Assembly: GCA_002633005.1 (NCBI GenBank) | Contig: NMRA01000172.1 | Span: 65,825 to 129,824 of the forward strand | From: Phoronis australis | Taxonomy: Eukaryota > Animalia > Phoronida | Reading direction: 5' to 3' | Length of the DNA stretch: 64,000 nt | In this document: positions 13,501 through 26,500 of the stretch, in pieces | Numbering within the stretch: position 1 is the stretch's first letter | Layout of the letters: every line of letters starts with the position of its first letter | Notes under the pieces: model-generated | The model's input: only the letters and a program-made list of their open reading frames with translations | Told to the model about the DNA's origin: nothing | Database searches by the model: none | Program-made: the position numbers and the translations under genes

Positions 13501-14455
13501 TACTATCTTGTGTCATGTGACTTCTGGGTGACATTGTCAGATCTATAAAGCCTTTCCAAACTGCTTGCCATTGAACGTGCAGTTTGGACGCTAATGGCTT
13601 ACACACTGGAGATGCCACGGGTTCAAGTCTGCGGGTACTGGTGGATTCATTAACTATGTGACACACAACTAAGGCGAGACCCACACCTAGTGTGGATGGA
13701 GAGAATGCCAGCCTGGTGTTGGATCCAGAACGCAAGGAGAGTGGTGCCGACCATCAGGCAAAACATGGAAATTGAAAAAGTGCGTAAAGCATGCGTCTTC
13801 ATCAGACAGGTTACGTAATGTTGTCCTCTGAGGCTCAAATGGTTCGGTTCAGGGCTCAGGCCATATCAACACTGCGGATTCGCGTCATTGGGAACTCTAT
13901 GCCACGGCATTTCTGGGACATAACGTTCCCTGATTTAGAGGACCAAATTCATCCACTGAATAATGGGTCTATCAATAATAGACCCATTATTCAGTATTAT
14001 TCAGTAACTATCTCAGTATCTGGTTCTTCAATTAAGGACCGCTAATATTATGAACTATACGACCAGTGCTGCGGCGTGGGGTCCCGGGTGAAGTGTCCGA
14101 GACACAGGCCTCCTCAGCTTCTGATCGTCCCCTATACGCTATATATATACATATACATATATATAATACTATATAGTGCACTGGGGACGATCAGTATAAA
14201 AGCTGTGGACGCCTGTGGTTCGAGACTGACAAGGCTGCCAAGTGCAACAACAACGAACAAGGCCGGCGGCACACAACACTTATCACTTTATGTTAAAGGC
14301 AGGTGCTCTAGCACAATTCCCAGAACATGTTTCGCGTCAATAAGTCCTAACGAAACACAGTGATATGAGTCTGAAGGAATATATTCACCCAAATACCTTA
14401 TTTTCGGTACTTTTTCACAAAAGTTTCGAAAGAGCAGCCTACCGGAAAAGGCCAT
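1442..14455 (-). CDS. ECI2: Enoyl-CoA delta isomerase 2 (ACBP domain + crotonase domain), 10 coding exons, ~394 aa
   Basis: Exons (-): 14397-14455, 9999-10146, 9200-9298, 7552-7743 (or 5242-5433), 7008-7080 (or 4676-4748), 6430-6532 (or 4099-4201), 6036-6156 (or 3710-3830), 2931-3020, 1886-2029, 1442-1597. All are GT-AG and the frame is continuous (1185 nt). ACBP motifs [20 protein letters not shown] and KAKWNAW; crotonase motifs [41 protein letters not shown]; ends SKAKL* (PTS1). Confidence 0.95.
1886..2029 (-). CDS. ECI2: ECI2 exon 9
   Basis: [48 protein letters not shown]. Confidence 0.93.
2734..2784. repeat. (AAT)n/(GAT)n trinucleotide microsatellite
   Basis: Direct inspection; explains the poly-Met ORF at 2606-2866. 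Confidence 0.9.
2931..3020 (-). CDS. ECI2: ECI2 exon 8
   Basis: [30 protein letters not shown], containing the catalytic-Glu motif. Confidence 0.93.
3710..5433 (-). CDS. ECI2: ECI2 exons 4-7, copy A (5242-5433, 4676-4748, 4099-4201, 3710-3830)
   Basis: Same peptides as copy B; the exonic differences I checked are synonymous; splice sites intact. Confidence 0.85.
6036..7743 (-). CDS. ECI2: ECI2 exons 4-7, copy B (7552-7743, 7008-7080, 6430-6532, 6036-6156)
   Basis: [11 protein letters not shown]...KNALTLK | MYEEIGQAL...VMT | [12 protein letters not shown]...VLR | [12 protein letters not shown]...ASDK; the last donor (gtga) runs into the n at 6031. Confidence 0.85.
9200..9298 (-). CDS. ECI2: ECI2 exon 3 (ACBP domain)
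   Basis: [33 protein letters not shown]; cag/gtatg boundaries. Confidence 0.93.
9999..10146 (-). CDS. ECI2: ECI2 exon 2 (start of ACBP domain)
   Basis: [49 protein letters not shown]; tag/gtaat boundaries. Confidence 0.92.
10375..10501. repeat. (CA)n / cacccgcg compound microsatellite
   Basis: Direct inspection. Confidence 0.9.
14397..14455 (-). CDS. ECI2: ECI2 exon 1 ([20 protein letters not shown], mitochondrial presequence-like)
   Basis: ATG at 14455 and gtattt donor; phase 2 matches exon 2 (AG|G = Arg); basic, presequence-like peptide. Confidence 0.75.
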
Positions 14456-14500
14456 TACTAATCACTTTGCGCATGTGCAAGATCGTTGCAAAAATGGCGG
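14456..14500. promoter_or_regulatory. Compact bidirectional promoter core between the ECI2 and CDYL start codons
   Basis: 38 bp between divergent ATGs; TGCGCATGTGCA (NRF1-like, 14468-14479) is centred between them; AAAATGGCGG (YY1-like) overlaps the CDYL ATG; ACCGGAAA (ETS-like) at 14441. Confidence 0.7.
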
Positions 14501-14520
14501 AAGAAGACTGTGTTTACGAG
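14494..14520 (+). CDS. CDYL: CDYL exon 1
   Basis: ATG GCG GAA GAA GAC TGT GTT TAC GAG|gtacg; supplies the first aromatic-cage Tyr of the chromodomain; phase 0 to exon 2. Confidence 0.88.
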
Positions 14521-17500
14521 GTACGAACGAAAAACAAGTCTTTCAATACTTAAACGCTTTTAAAACTGTGTCAAACCCCATATGTATAGAACAAACATAT
14601 GTTTATAGATAACCACATGAAGTTATGTTGGCACTTATTCTGTGCTGTGTCTGTGTAGATTGATTTTTGTTGTGCGGGTTTTGCGCTGTGTGTGTGGCCT
14701 GGCAAAAACGATCATGCGAAATCGCAATTTTGTAAGATGTGACGGTGAACCCGGTGAAGTGTCGGTTATCAGCATGCATTCGCTCAGTTTTTAAAAAAGT
14801 AACTGTTCACTGCATATTTTATTGGACTCTAAAATCCTTTCAATGTTAATTGTTCAATTTTCTCATTTTGTATAAAGATATCCATTGTTTTTCATTGTAG
14901 GAAATGCGAAAGAAAAATTGGTATGAATTTCGACTTTATTCTCATCCCTTTTATTCTATTTTTGTTTTACTTTTCAAATCTCTATCTAAAGTTTATTTTA
15001 ATTTTATCAAATTGCTATGTTTTTGTTGTGAACATTTTTGTTGTTGTTAGAACTTAGTTTGCATGGACTTAACTTTAATTTTTTAAATTTATTTCTAAAT
15101 TAATTTTGCACATCTGAATTCTCATACAAAGTTCAAGAAAAAGAAGAAAATTATTTAATTACTTAAAATATACATTTTGTTGTTTTCGATAATATATGTT
15201 CAGCATGCATTCCCAACTTAAAACTAAAGAAATAGGTATACTGCAGGGTGGTTGGGAATGAAGGACCATGCAATTGTCAACAGAGCAGACATCCCAGGAG
15301 ACACCTGTTGGAATTGCAAATTGGTATTGATTCTAAGCTTAAAAGCATTTTCATTGGTTTGCGATTTTATCGCTTCTTGTCTTTTAGAAGTACATGTATG
15401 CATTTTAGTTATTCTTTATTGAGTGAACATTTACTGTGTCAGACTCGGCTAATCCAAGCACCTAACATGTATTGTTTCCGGATATTCCTTACTGAGCAAT
15501 GGGTTGTATAGTGAAGGTTGGCACGTATATGTGGTGAGAAAGGTGAACTCTAACCAGGATTGATGATAGGATCAAATATCCCATCAACTTAAGGTAAAAT
15601 CTCACCAATTCATTCAGATAAAATTGCAGTTTTTCACTGTTCAATCGCTTTTAACATTGTGGTGAATGTTCTCACATTTTTTCAAAATGTTTTTTGTTAA
15701 TAGCTATGGTACTGTAATAAAATATGGGAAAGCACTGTATATCATTTATGAAAATGGAAAAATAAAATTTCACCTGTCCTCCATAATTGGTGACATTTTA
15801 CTATAGGCATGTTGAGAAATTATATAATACTAACACTGTAGTTAATTACATAAGTTTTTAGATGTAGACTCAGCTTTGAATTTCGTCCATTGGTCATTGG
15901 TAGTGACAACATTTGATTTAATTAGTGGAGAAATTTTCATTGAGACTTGAAGGTACATAATCGGTTTTATGGCCAAAAGTGCATGTTTAGGGATTATTGT
16001 CGTAATGATTACCAGACCTATGAAAGAATCATGTTATTAGGATCCGAATCCCACACCTATTAGCGCATGCAGGGTTAGAAGCATACTTTTACATCTAACT
16101 TTTTGAGCAACTGAAACAAAGGCAACATTTTTTTGAGGTCAAGACGAAAATGTTATTAGCAATTTTTGGCCTTGTTATTCAAACTATGGAGAAACCTGGA
16201 GCACATTTGGGCCCCTGGTTTGTAGTAAATTTGAACCCGGCACAATATCAAAGACTTGTGGAATTCAATTTTAAAAAAAATTTCAATAAATTAGAAAGCA
16301 ACCACTAGGGGTTAACTCTGTTTAAGCATAGTGTCCACTGAAGAGTTGGTTTAAAACAACGTCTGCTGGAAGTTTAATCATCCGTAGCAAAGTATTTATA
16401 TAGGTAGTCTTTGAAAAATTCAAAAATGACAATTTTGGCAATTATTTTTGCACGAAATATGTGAATAATTACTGTACACACAGTTGTAGTTTTCAGCAAC
16501 TTGTAAATGAGTGACCGGGTTCACCATTGTTTGCAGGTGGACCAAGTATTAGGTAGGCGAATACTGCAAGGCAAGTGCGAGTATCTGATCCGTTGGAAGA
16601 ACTTTGACAGCTCGTGGGATACTTGGGAGCCAGTTGAAAATCTTGGTCAAGCTCTTGACTCCATACGCCAGTACAACCAACACAACAAGCCGTTGAACTC
16701 CTCTCAAAAAACGTTTCCCTCCCAAACAAAGCCAAGCACTCTGTTTAGTTCATCAAAAAGTCCACTAAAAAATATGGCTGCCGGGAAACTGGTATTTGCC
16801 AAGAAACAGGGTGGCGTTAAACTCAAGAAAAAACCTGTTAAGTTAAAGAAAACGGGACTGACTTCAAAAAGGGATAAAAACAACAATGTGAAAGGCTTAA
16901 AAAGTGCAAACTCAAACAAATACCAGTCAAAAGGGCGAAAAAAGACCAAACGGGAGACATGTGCTTGTGAAAGTGACAGTGATGATGGTATATTGTATTC
17001 CTTGAATCCAGACTTTCAGGCTCAGGTCTCGAGTGAGCAACCAAACCAGTTCTCTAAGTCACAAAAGGATGCGGAGAAGGGTAATGGGAAAGAAAAAAAA
17101 TATCGCATGACGTGGAGTGAAAAGAAGAAGAAAATGAACACACCGAGGACTTTACGCTCTGGCAAAACTGTGTCGACAAAGCCTGTGAAATTGGACCTTA
17201 CTCCCAGAAAGAGGCCGTCAACTGAAGTATCCGTGGATTCCGAAATCTCTTTTCAAAGCGTAGACTCTCCGAAGCGCTACAGGTTTTCAAATTTCCATCT
17301 ACCAACCACAATTGTTAGGCCAGGTAAGTGGATTGTTGATTGTTTCAAATCCCCATGCTGCCAATCTTTGAAAACCAAAATTATTGTTTAGTTCATGTTT
17401 TTAGGTAGAACCTTTTGTTTCTTTTGTTTTTTTAGGAGTTGGTGTTCCTAGTGATTGCACAAGATATATCTATGAATGAAGTTCACTGATTGGTCTGTGG

Positions 17501-20500
17501 GAAGATTAACTACCTTGACCTTGACCTAATTACTGTAAAATCTCACCAGTTTAGGGCCAGTGAAATTTTGTTTTCTCATTTCTCAGAAAAGATATGTAGC
17601 ATCACATTAATGCTTTACCATGTTCAAGCTCTGCACAATAGTTACCATTAGAAAATTATTTTTAAAAAATTGGGATATTCACAAAAGCTTGAAAAACAGT
17701 AAAAAGGTAAAATTTTCGCGTTATCTTTGTCTGAAATTGGTGGCATTTTTCTGCAGGGACTTTAATGCTGTAAACCTCAGATATTGTTTAGTCTATCTGA
17801 GTGTAAACACATTCTTTTTGAACATTTTTTCTGGCAATTTTCATAAACTAATAGTAACCTAGAAAAAATACCTGAAAATGAAAATAAGATCTCTTTGTAA
17901 ACGCTAATCAGGTGGTGCTATAAAACCGTTCTGGAACTTTTCCCTCTTCAAATAAGAAGTGATTTATGGCTTGAAAAGAACTGATAGTTTGTTAATTCCT
18001 TGAAGCTACATGCTCCGCGCTCAAAATGGCTCCGCGCTCATAATCGCTCTGCGCTCAAATTGGCTCTGCACTCAAAATGGCTCCGTGCTCAAAATGACTC
18101 ACCGATACAAGCTAACCTATTATCCTTGCATGTGTTCTGTAATGCTAGGACCTAGCTAAAATCTAGCCAAAGTCATGTGTTCCCATTTAAATACCCTGCA
18201 AAATCTTGCAAAGTCTTAATTTTTAGCGAGCTTCGAGCATTTATGAGTGGGAGGCTGGTCTCAAACAATAACAAATTGTCAGCTGTCAATTTTCCAAAGA
18301 CTTGAAATAGTCTCCAATCTGCGTAAAGAACAATTGAAGATCTGAGTTTTATGATGATAAGTGATCAAATGAGAAGTGAAGCCAAGCTTGAAGCAGCTGT
18401 TAGTAACTGAAGAGTTATTAAATGTTTTTAATGGAATCGGTTTTGTTATGTTGCTGAGTAAAACATGGAATGAGTAGTCGAAAAATGTCATTTATTATGA
18501 TACAATAAAACTAAAATAGAAAAAAGATTTTGTAAGATGGGCTTAAGAACAAAATGCTCAGGGGACGNNNNNNNNNNNNNNNNNNNNNNNNNNNNNNNNN
18601 NNNNNNNNNNNNNNNNNNNNNNNNNNNNNNNNNNNNNNNNNNNNNNNNNNNNNNNNNNNNNNNNNNNNNNNNNNNNNNNNNNNNNNNNNNNNNNNNNNNN
18701 NNNNNNNNNNNNNNNNNNNNNNNNNNNNNNNNNNNNNNNNNNNNNNNNNNNNNNNNNNNNNNNNNNNNNNNNNNNNNNNNNNNNNNNNNNNNNNNNNNNN
18801 NNNNNNNNNNNNNNNNNNNNNNNNNNNNNNNNNNNNNNNNNNNNNNNNNNNNNNNNNNNNNNNNNNNNNNNNNNNNNNNNNNNNNNNNNNNNNNNNNNNN
18901 NNNNNNNNNNNNNNNNNNNNNNNNNNNNNNNNNNNNNNNNNNNNNNNNNNNNNNNNNNNNNNNNNNNNNNNNNNNNNNNNNNNNNNNNNNNNNNNNNNNN
19001 NNNNNNNNNNNNNNNNNNNNNNNNNNNNNNNNNNNNNNNNNNNNNNNNNNNNNNNNNNNNNNNNNNNNNNNNNNNNNNNNNNNNNNNNNNNNNNNNNNNN
19101 NNNNNNNNNNNNNNNNNNNNNNNNNNNNNNNNNNNNNNNNNNNNNNNNNNNNNNNNNNNNNNNNNNNNNNNNNNNNNNNNNNNNNNNNNNNNNNNNNNNN
19201 NNNNNNNNNNNNNNNNNNNNNNNNNNNNNNNNNNNNNNNNNNNNNNNNNNNNNNNNNNNNNNNNNNNNNNNNNNGTGAACAATGAGGTACTGGTGTAATT
19301 GGTGAACAATGAGGTACTGGTGTAATTGGTGAACAATGAGGTACTGGTGTAATTGGTGAACAATGAGGTACTGGTGTAATTGGTGAATTACTGAGGAAGT
19401 GATACAGTGCTAGAAGGAGACAATGATGGAAAGGGAAAGGAATCCTTATTAATAAGTTAAATTTTATTCCTTAGCTACATAGTTCTTCCATTTAGAAAAT
19501 AAGACTTCAATGTTTTATTAGAAAAGTTGACTATGAAATGTTATAATTCTGATCAACTGGAGCTGCGCAGGAGTATTCACTGTTCGATATGATATTGGTA
19601 TTTTCTTAACATTGATATGGTATTTAAAAGGCACGTTCTTCGTAGTTGCAAAAAGCATGGTTGTTAAAATGAATACATTACAAATGTTAGGACCATTCAC
19701 AATTAGTGTATGGCTATTTTCACGAGCATTTAGAATGTAGAGTATTCCCTACTAGTACACCATTACTCTGTGTTATCTCTGAACATGTAGCACTATAGCA
19801 GGTTGTTGTATTAACACGTGTGTGTGAGAGATCAGTGTATGTGCCTGTATTGACGTGTCTCATAAAGAAGTGGTTGGGAATGAGCTAGAAATTTATGGTG
19901 ATTCATTCTGTTGTGTGACACCTTGTTATCTTGAGCAAGTCACTAATTTGTATGACGTACATCGATTAAAGCCCTTTGTTGCTGCAGCCACAATTCACAA
20001 AAGCATTTTTCAACTTGTAACCTTTCGAAATGTCAAAATATTTTTTTGTTTTGTTAACCAGTGGTATACCAGATTCTTCATCTTTTTACACTAGCACCAG
20101 GAACGAATGTGCACCAGTCCTAACGTCCCACTCCTTCAGCTGCACTCAAACAAAAATCAACATATTTTTATGTGTCGTGCAACATCTAACTAGTTTTATA
20201 AATTTTAACTTTTTCATAAAAGATAATTAGAACAAAATAAATGCTATTAAGATGTATGCCATAGTCACTATCAGACAATAATAATTCTGACAAATTGTGG
20301 GCATTCATAGCTATGGTAGAAACTATTCGAAAATGAAAAAGACCAACTTTGGCAATTATTTTGTATGAAATTGAAATTTCACTGTATCACGATTTCTGTT
20401 TTATGGTGCAACTCTTTACTTCATGTGTAGCATAGTATGGCCTACAAGTGAAATTCTATTTTGTCAAATTTGTTTAGATTAATTTAGGATTAAACAACTT

Positions 20501-23500
20501 TATTCTATTGCTAGCATAGTTTGTACTGTGTGTAAATTTCATAATAATCAACACTAGGCAAAGTCCTTTAGATATTTGTGGTAAGGTAATCAGCATTTCA
20601 AAAATGACAATTCTTGCAATTAGTTTTGTGTGAAACAAGTGAAATATTACTATATGTCAGATAATACCTAAGTCCCTGAATACCGTATTACTAACTGTAC
20701 CAGTATGTACGTCGGGTACTACCTAAGTCCCTGAATATTACTAACTACCAGTATGTACGTCGGGTACTACCTAAGTGCCTGGATTTTCCTCCACCAAATT
20801 ACTGTTGCGGTATTTTAAAACTATTCCGAATTTGTTTCGTCATATTGTCAATGGCCTGAAAAACTCAATGGAATATTGAGTTTTGTCTTTTCACATCACC
20901 GTTTTTATGGCATCAAAACGAATACGGTGGCTGCAAGCCTCGATACCCTACCTTCCTAATCCTAAAGTGTACTGTTCTGCTGCTGTACACTCATGAAGAT
21001 GGGGATTGTTAACAGTGTGTTAGTATTATGTGTTGGCATGACTGGGTAATCCACTTAACTACTTTGTACTTTCATCTAACTGGGCAATTATGTACAATCA
21101 AGACAAAACGTTGAACACGAATCTGTGATGCCTTTTGCTGTTGTACCATCGGACATGCCAATGTACTCAAAACGGGCTGACTATCAGTTATGAAGTGGGC
21201 TAAAACTGTGAAAGAGAGTTCTGGAATTTACCAAGAATTGACAAGGAAATTTGTACATTTGCTATCAGTATTTTATTGGTATTTTCTGAGTTATCTTATT
21301 ATCGACATGTACATAAACCGGTGCCTGAGTACCGTTGTGGAGTTCCAAATATGACTAATATCATTTTAGATGTAAGCATCATGAAAAACATGTCATATTA
21401 ATGGCTGGTAAGGCATTGTGAAGAGCTGTCGGAATTTCCTTTTAGAACTGAGAAAACACCTCCTGGTATGCTGAACCAGTTAATGTCTTGCTCTAAAGTT
21501 TAGAAAAGAGTTGTTAAAGCTAGGGGGATACCTTAGTGGTTGTGAGATGTTGTCTGTGAATCCATTTATCTGGTTTGATTTTTCAATTCCAGCTTTAATT
21601 AAACTTTAAAAACACAAAATAATTCTGGAATTTTGTTCTGTGCAGAGAAAGGGATTACAGATTCGGATTCTAAAAACTTAGCTGAAAAAGCACTTTCATT
21701 AAAAGTGCTTAATTGACAAAGGTTGTAATTGTGAGGACTTCATTTTAAGAAAGAAATTATTAGACTACTTATTGTCTATATCTGATTTTACTATATGAAT
21801 TTTTAATTGTGTATGGTATTTCATTCAATGAAATTTATCATTTTGCTGGCGATGTACTTGAACCAGTCTGAACTCTTTGTTACAGTTGCTCGGCTACCAC
21901 AAACCCCCTTGACAAGTGACCGTATACCTTCACCCCTCCACTCCTCTTTCCGCACTCCACCCAGATCACCTCGCCCCACCTCACCCATCTCACCTCGATT
22001 CACACGGTCACGTTCCGTAACCCCCTCTGCCGATCTAATGGCTTCATTGTCATCACCGTCTAAGTTTTCTGTTGTCCCTACAAGTCCCACCACGGTATCT
22101 TACCAGACTCTGATTAGCGACCTGCCTCGTAAACTGCTGGCCAATCGTCACGTGACGAGGAGATCAAAGCGTAAAGGTGGCGGCGATGGCAGTAGTGATG
22201 GCAGTGATGACGACGTTAGTGAGGGTAACCGTCGCCTGAGTATAAGGCAGAGTGAATCCTCATTCAAGTACAAGGAGATAGTTGTGAAGAAGTTTAAGTG
22301 GTACACACAGATCTGGTTATTCACTAACACGCAGATGAGGAACGCACTAAACCCTAATGTGAGTATAAGCTCACCTTCATTCTGTTCCCTTCAGTTTTGA
22401 CTCTACGAACGTGTATATTGTTGGTCGTCTGTTTCTACAATCACAAAGTTTTATGCTATCAAGTGGAATGTAATGAACTCAAGATGTGCGCAACACATCC
22501 TGTCAGATTTCCAACTTAGCCTGTAGGGCTGTTATCAAAGTGTATTTAATGATCTCAATTTGTTCTTTGATGAGATTTAGCTGGTCTCGATCTCAGGGAG
22601 GATTAAAAGTGTGTTGTTGTTGGGAGGATAAAATAACCTACCGGGTGAAGCCAGCTTGCTGACCTTGGTCCCAAGCATTGATCAACTGTCAGTTTTTCCC
22701 CAAGTCCACTAAGCACTTCCAATCTCGATAAAATTTAATTTAAGACCAATTTATAATAGTAAATTGTCATATTTTTTGACTGAAGGAGGGTTTATAGTAC
22801 CTCTAAACAGCTTTTATTCATTCATTAATTTTGATTTGACTGCAGTTTTGATGTGCAGTCGTACCAAGGTGGTAGTATTGCCACCTAGTGTTAAACTACT
22901 AAACTATACTTTTACCACTGGAGCTTTTTGTAGGAAAAAGATTTTTAATGTGTTTCGTTTCCTTGATTGTTCAACGACATTTACATGATTACAATTTAGA
23001 GAGTGTCACTTATTCTCCACCCAGGTCTTTCGGGAGCTCATCTCAGCTTTAAACAACGCCAAATATGACGACAGCAAACTGGTCATGTTGTCAGGCTCGG
23101 GGAACACCTTCTGCTCCGGCATTGATCTCAACTACCTCACCACAGGAGATCGCAAGGCTACGGCTGTCGAAGTCGCTAACTCGTTAAGGTAACATGTAAC
23201 CATGACAACGCTTTTGCACTTAAAATGTCAATTTGGTGTCCAAATGCTGATTACGGTTTAATGTTTCAGGATATTGATTTAAGTTAGATTGTTAGTTGCT
23301 GAATCCATTTGCAAATTGATTAATGGTAGGAATTATTGGTAATTGATTGTTGAAATTACCTTGTGGTAATATTTGAATTGATGATGGCTGTTTCTGAGTT
23401 AAACGCATGTTGTCTGGCATTAATGTTACATGAAAGAAATGCTTAGACATAACCTGGGTGAGGTAAGAAAATTAAAGAATGTCACAAAAGTATTGCTATT

Positions 23501-26500
23501 GTATGTGCACCCCTAGCTGAAGATGATGTCATATAGTAAAACCTGGAGACTTTCTGGCTTACACTGGTCACTGCTTGGATTCCGTGTGTCCTCAAGACAT
23601 CTTTTATTATGCCTATTCAACACAACTTTTGTATTCAAGCTAATGAAGTAGACAGGTAATTGCTAGCACTACTTTCTTAATAGGTTGGTTGTTATTACAC
23701 ATGTCAGGTTTTCTCTGATATTTGCACTGAGTTACAGCCTGAAATGTCCAAAGTACAGGTTTGACGACATTTTAGATATTACAAAGTTGCTAAAAATGGT
23801 AACTTTGGTTCATCTTGACAAAGGCCATTTCCCAAACAATCTTTGGTTTTAAATATGTTTCATACTGTTTTCATCATTTTATTTTTAATACTCCAGTCTT
23901 CTTTTAATTGGTTTGTTTCCTGCCAGCATGCTATCTTTTGCCGAAACAGTGTCAGATTTTGATTGTCACTCAGTGAAGCTTGGAAGTCAGCTCTCACCCA
24001 CCAACCCACCTCATCTATTGCTTGGATTTTCTCAGTGACTTTGAAGCTAGCCATAGTTAGTCTATACAACACGTATTTCATTGCCAGCTGATTACCGAAT
24101 ATCACAGTTTTCCAGTTAGCATGCGACTCCTCAAATAAAGTAGTTCGACATGACTGAGCACTAAGTGCTGTCTTAAGAACTTTTGACATCTAATTTGGTC
24201 ACCGTGTGGTGTTTCTATTTGTCGTTATGTAGTTTGGTTGTATATTAAAAGATGAAACCATGTGGAATTGTTAATTATGATTTGCGTTTGGAAATCCTCA
24301 GAGTAAATCAATACGCATAGTCGTTATCTTCAATCCGTAACCAGTGTTTGTAGTTTTCAGCTTATTAGTTTATTGACATTAAAAAATCAAAAAAACATAC
24401 TATGTTGTTTTTCCAGCTGAATACCAACATAATGTTTATTTTTAACAAGAATTATTGATTTATGGATTTTGAAATTTCGCCAGTTTGTACAGGCATAGAT
24501 GTTTATGGCTTGGTAATTACACTTAATTGTTTCTTGCTCGCACTGGCCAATGCGGTCATCACCACTCTTGTGCCGCACTCTCTTTGATCCAAGTGAAAGT
24601 TGCTCAGAAAAAGGTTGAACGAGCAGCAGTGAAAATTCCCGCGTATCTTTAGAAATGTGTGTTTTCCTTGTAAGCGAATTATTCACGGCATGAGAAATAT
24701 GAATTCCTAAGCATACAAGGTAACTATTTACAATGTGTCTGGGCATATCGCTGTTATCTTTGTCAGGGCTTCAGGCATAAGCTGTTGTATCTCCTGAACA
24801 TATGACAGGATCTTCATGAAATACTCCTTTCACATCCATAATACACTTGCTCAGAAGAACAAAAGCTCGGCGTGAGTGCACGAGACATAATGTGAGTGCA
24901 ATTAAAGGCCATTGTTTACCTTAGGTCTGCATAATTAGGGGAGATCATGTACTTGCAGTGTGCTTGCATAGCATTTCGTCTGTAAAATTCCCCTGATTTT
25001 TGCGTGGAGAATGCGAATTTTGTTGTGTTTAGGTCCAGTCATCAACATGAATATGTGTGTGGATTTTTTTACACTTGCCTATCATCAACTAACCTATAGC
25101 TCAGTCTTCCACAGTTTATCGGTTTTTGACGCGCATGATCTTTTCTTCTTGCAGAGAGTTCATGAACACCATCCTCAGTTTCCCCAAGCCAATAGTTGCA
25201 GCAGTCAATGGCCCAGCCATCGGTCTCGGTGTGGCTATCCTGCCTCTCTGTGATATCGTGTACGCTAGTGATAAAGCATCGTTCTACATGCCGTATGCCA
25301 GGCTGGCCCAAACCCCCGAGGGTTGTGCTTCTCTAACACTGGGACAAGTGGTGGGCCAGGCTATGGTAAGACTCATCTCTCACTGTATCTGGAACATGTT
25401 TTCTGTTGCCAAAATTTTCACAAACATTTAAGTCTGGTCTGGACGCCGCCTGTTTTTTGGGGTTTGTTAAGCCTGACTGCCTTGCTGCAAATAATCAGAA
25501 ATTAATCAGCGTGTTGTTATTCCATTATTTACAAGCCATGCTCATAAGGAAGTACAATTTCCATTATGTTATTTTTGTTGAAGGAAATGGTACTAAGTAA
25601 TACTATAGAATTGGACCTCTGTATGCTAAATAGGCAAACCACTCTTTGTACATGGTCTCAAGCTTTGAGGAAATGTCGTTATTTTTCTTTTTGGAGCTCT
25701 TAAACCACCTCTAGTTTGGCTTGAGGATAATTTTAGATCAAGTAGTCTAAATGAAAAGTTGGTTTTCACAATGGAACGCAGATTTATGGTCACTTTAATT
25801 CGTGCATGGGAAGTGGCATAGTGCATAAATTTAATTCTTGTTAACAATTATTGTTCTTGAGTTTATGTCCACAAGACCACAATTGAGTTTTAAGATTTTC
25901 AATTTAGATGCCCTAGGCATTGTCCGGAGTCACCGAATATGATACTACAAATAACACCGCAGGACTCTTATCGTAATTAGCCTGATTGGATTATACATTA
26001 GTTAACAATTCTTTTATCTAAGATTGTCAAAGCAAAATAACTTGTTTGTTGGCTGATTTGTTTTGACAAACAATTCTAAGGATTTCTGTAACATTACTGT
26101 GTTAATATGATTGATGACTGCTTTCAATGTCCGCAGTGTGTTAGTTGCTTTCATTTACAGTTACATTGTGAACATTATATTTAATGAAAACGTAACAATG
26201 TTTCTTTAACTTTGAGCTCTCACAAAATAGTGGAGTTACTTATTGCTATAACTATGATGTCAGAAGAATTTGGCAGCAGCTCCTACTGTAAACAAAATTT
26301 GTCGAACACACAACAATGTTCTCGATTAATAATTTTCAACAAAATTCTATCGAGCTCTCTTTTTGTTTGATGGTTGTTCACAGCGTGAACATTGCTGTGT
26401 GTTCAGCAATACTAAGGTGTGTAAAATAAAAGTAAAGGTCCGGTATTACCAAATAGCAGCATTGTACTGGAAAAGGCGGATGATCAGCAGAAACTAGTGT

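Noticed and set aside
18488-19363. Long ORFs spanning the N run
   Set aside because: Artefacts of translating the assembly gap plus a 27-bp minisatellite.
19275-19387. CRISPR-like appearance of short repeats (also 44491-44628 and 61876-62222)
   Set aside because: Head-to-tail tandem units with no unique spacers, no cas genes and a eukaryotic context.
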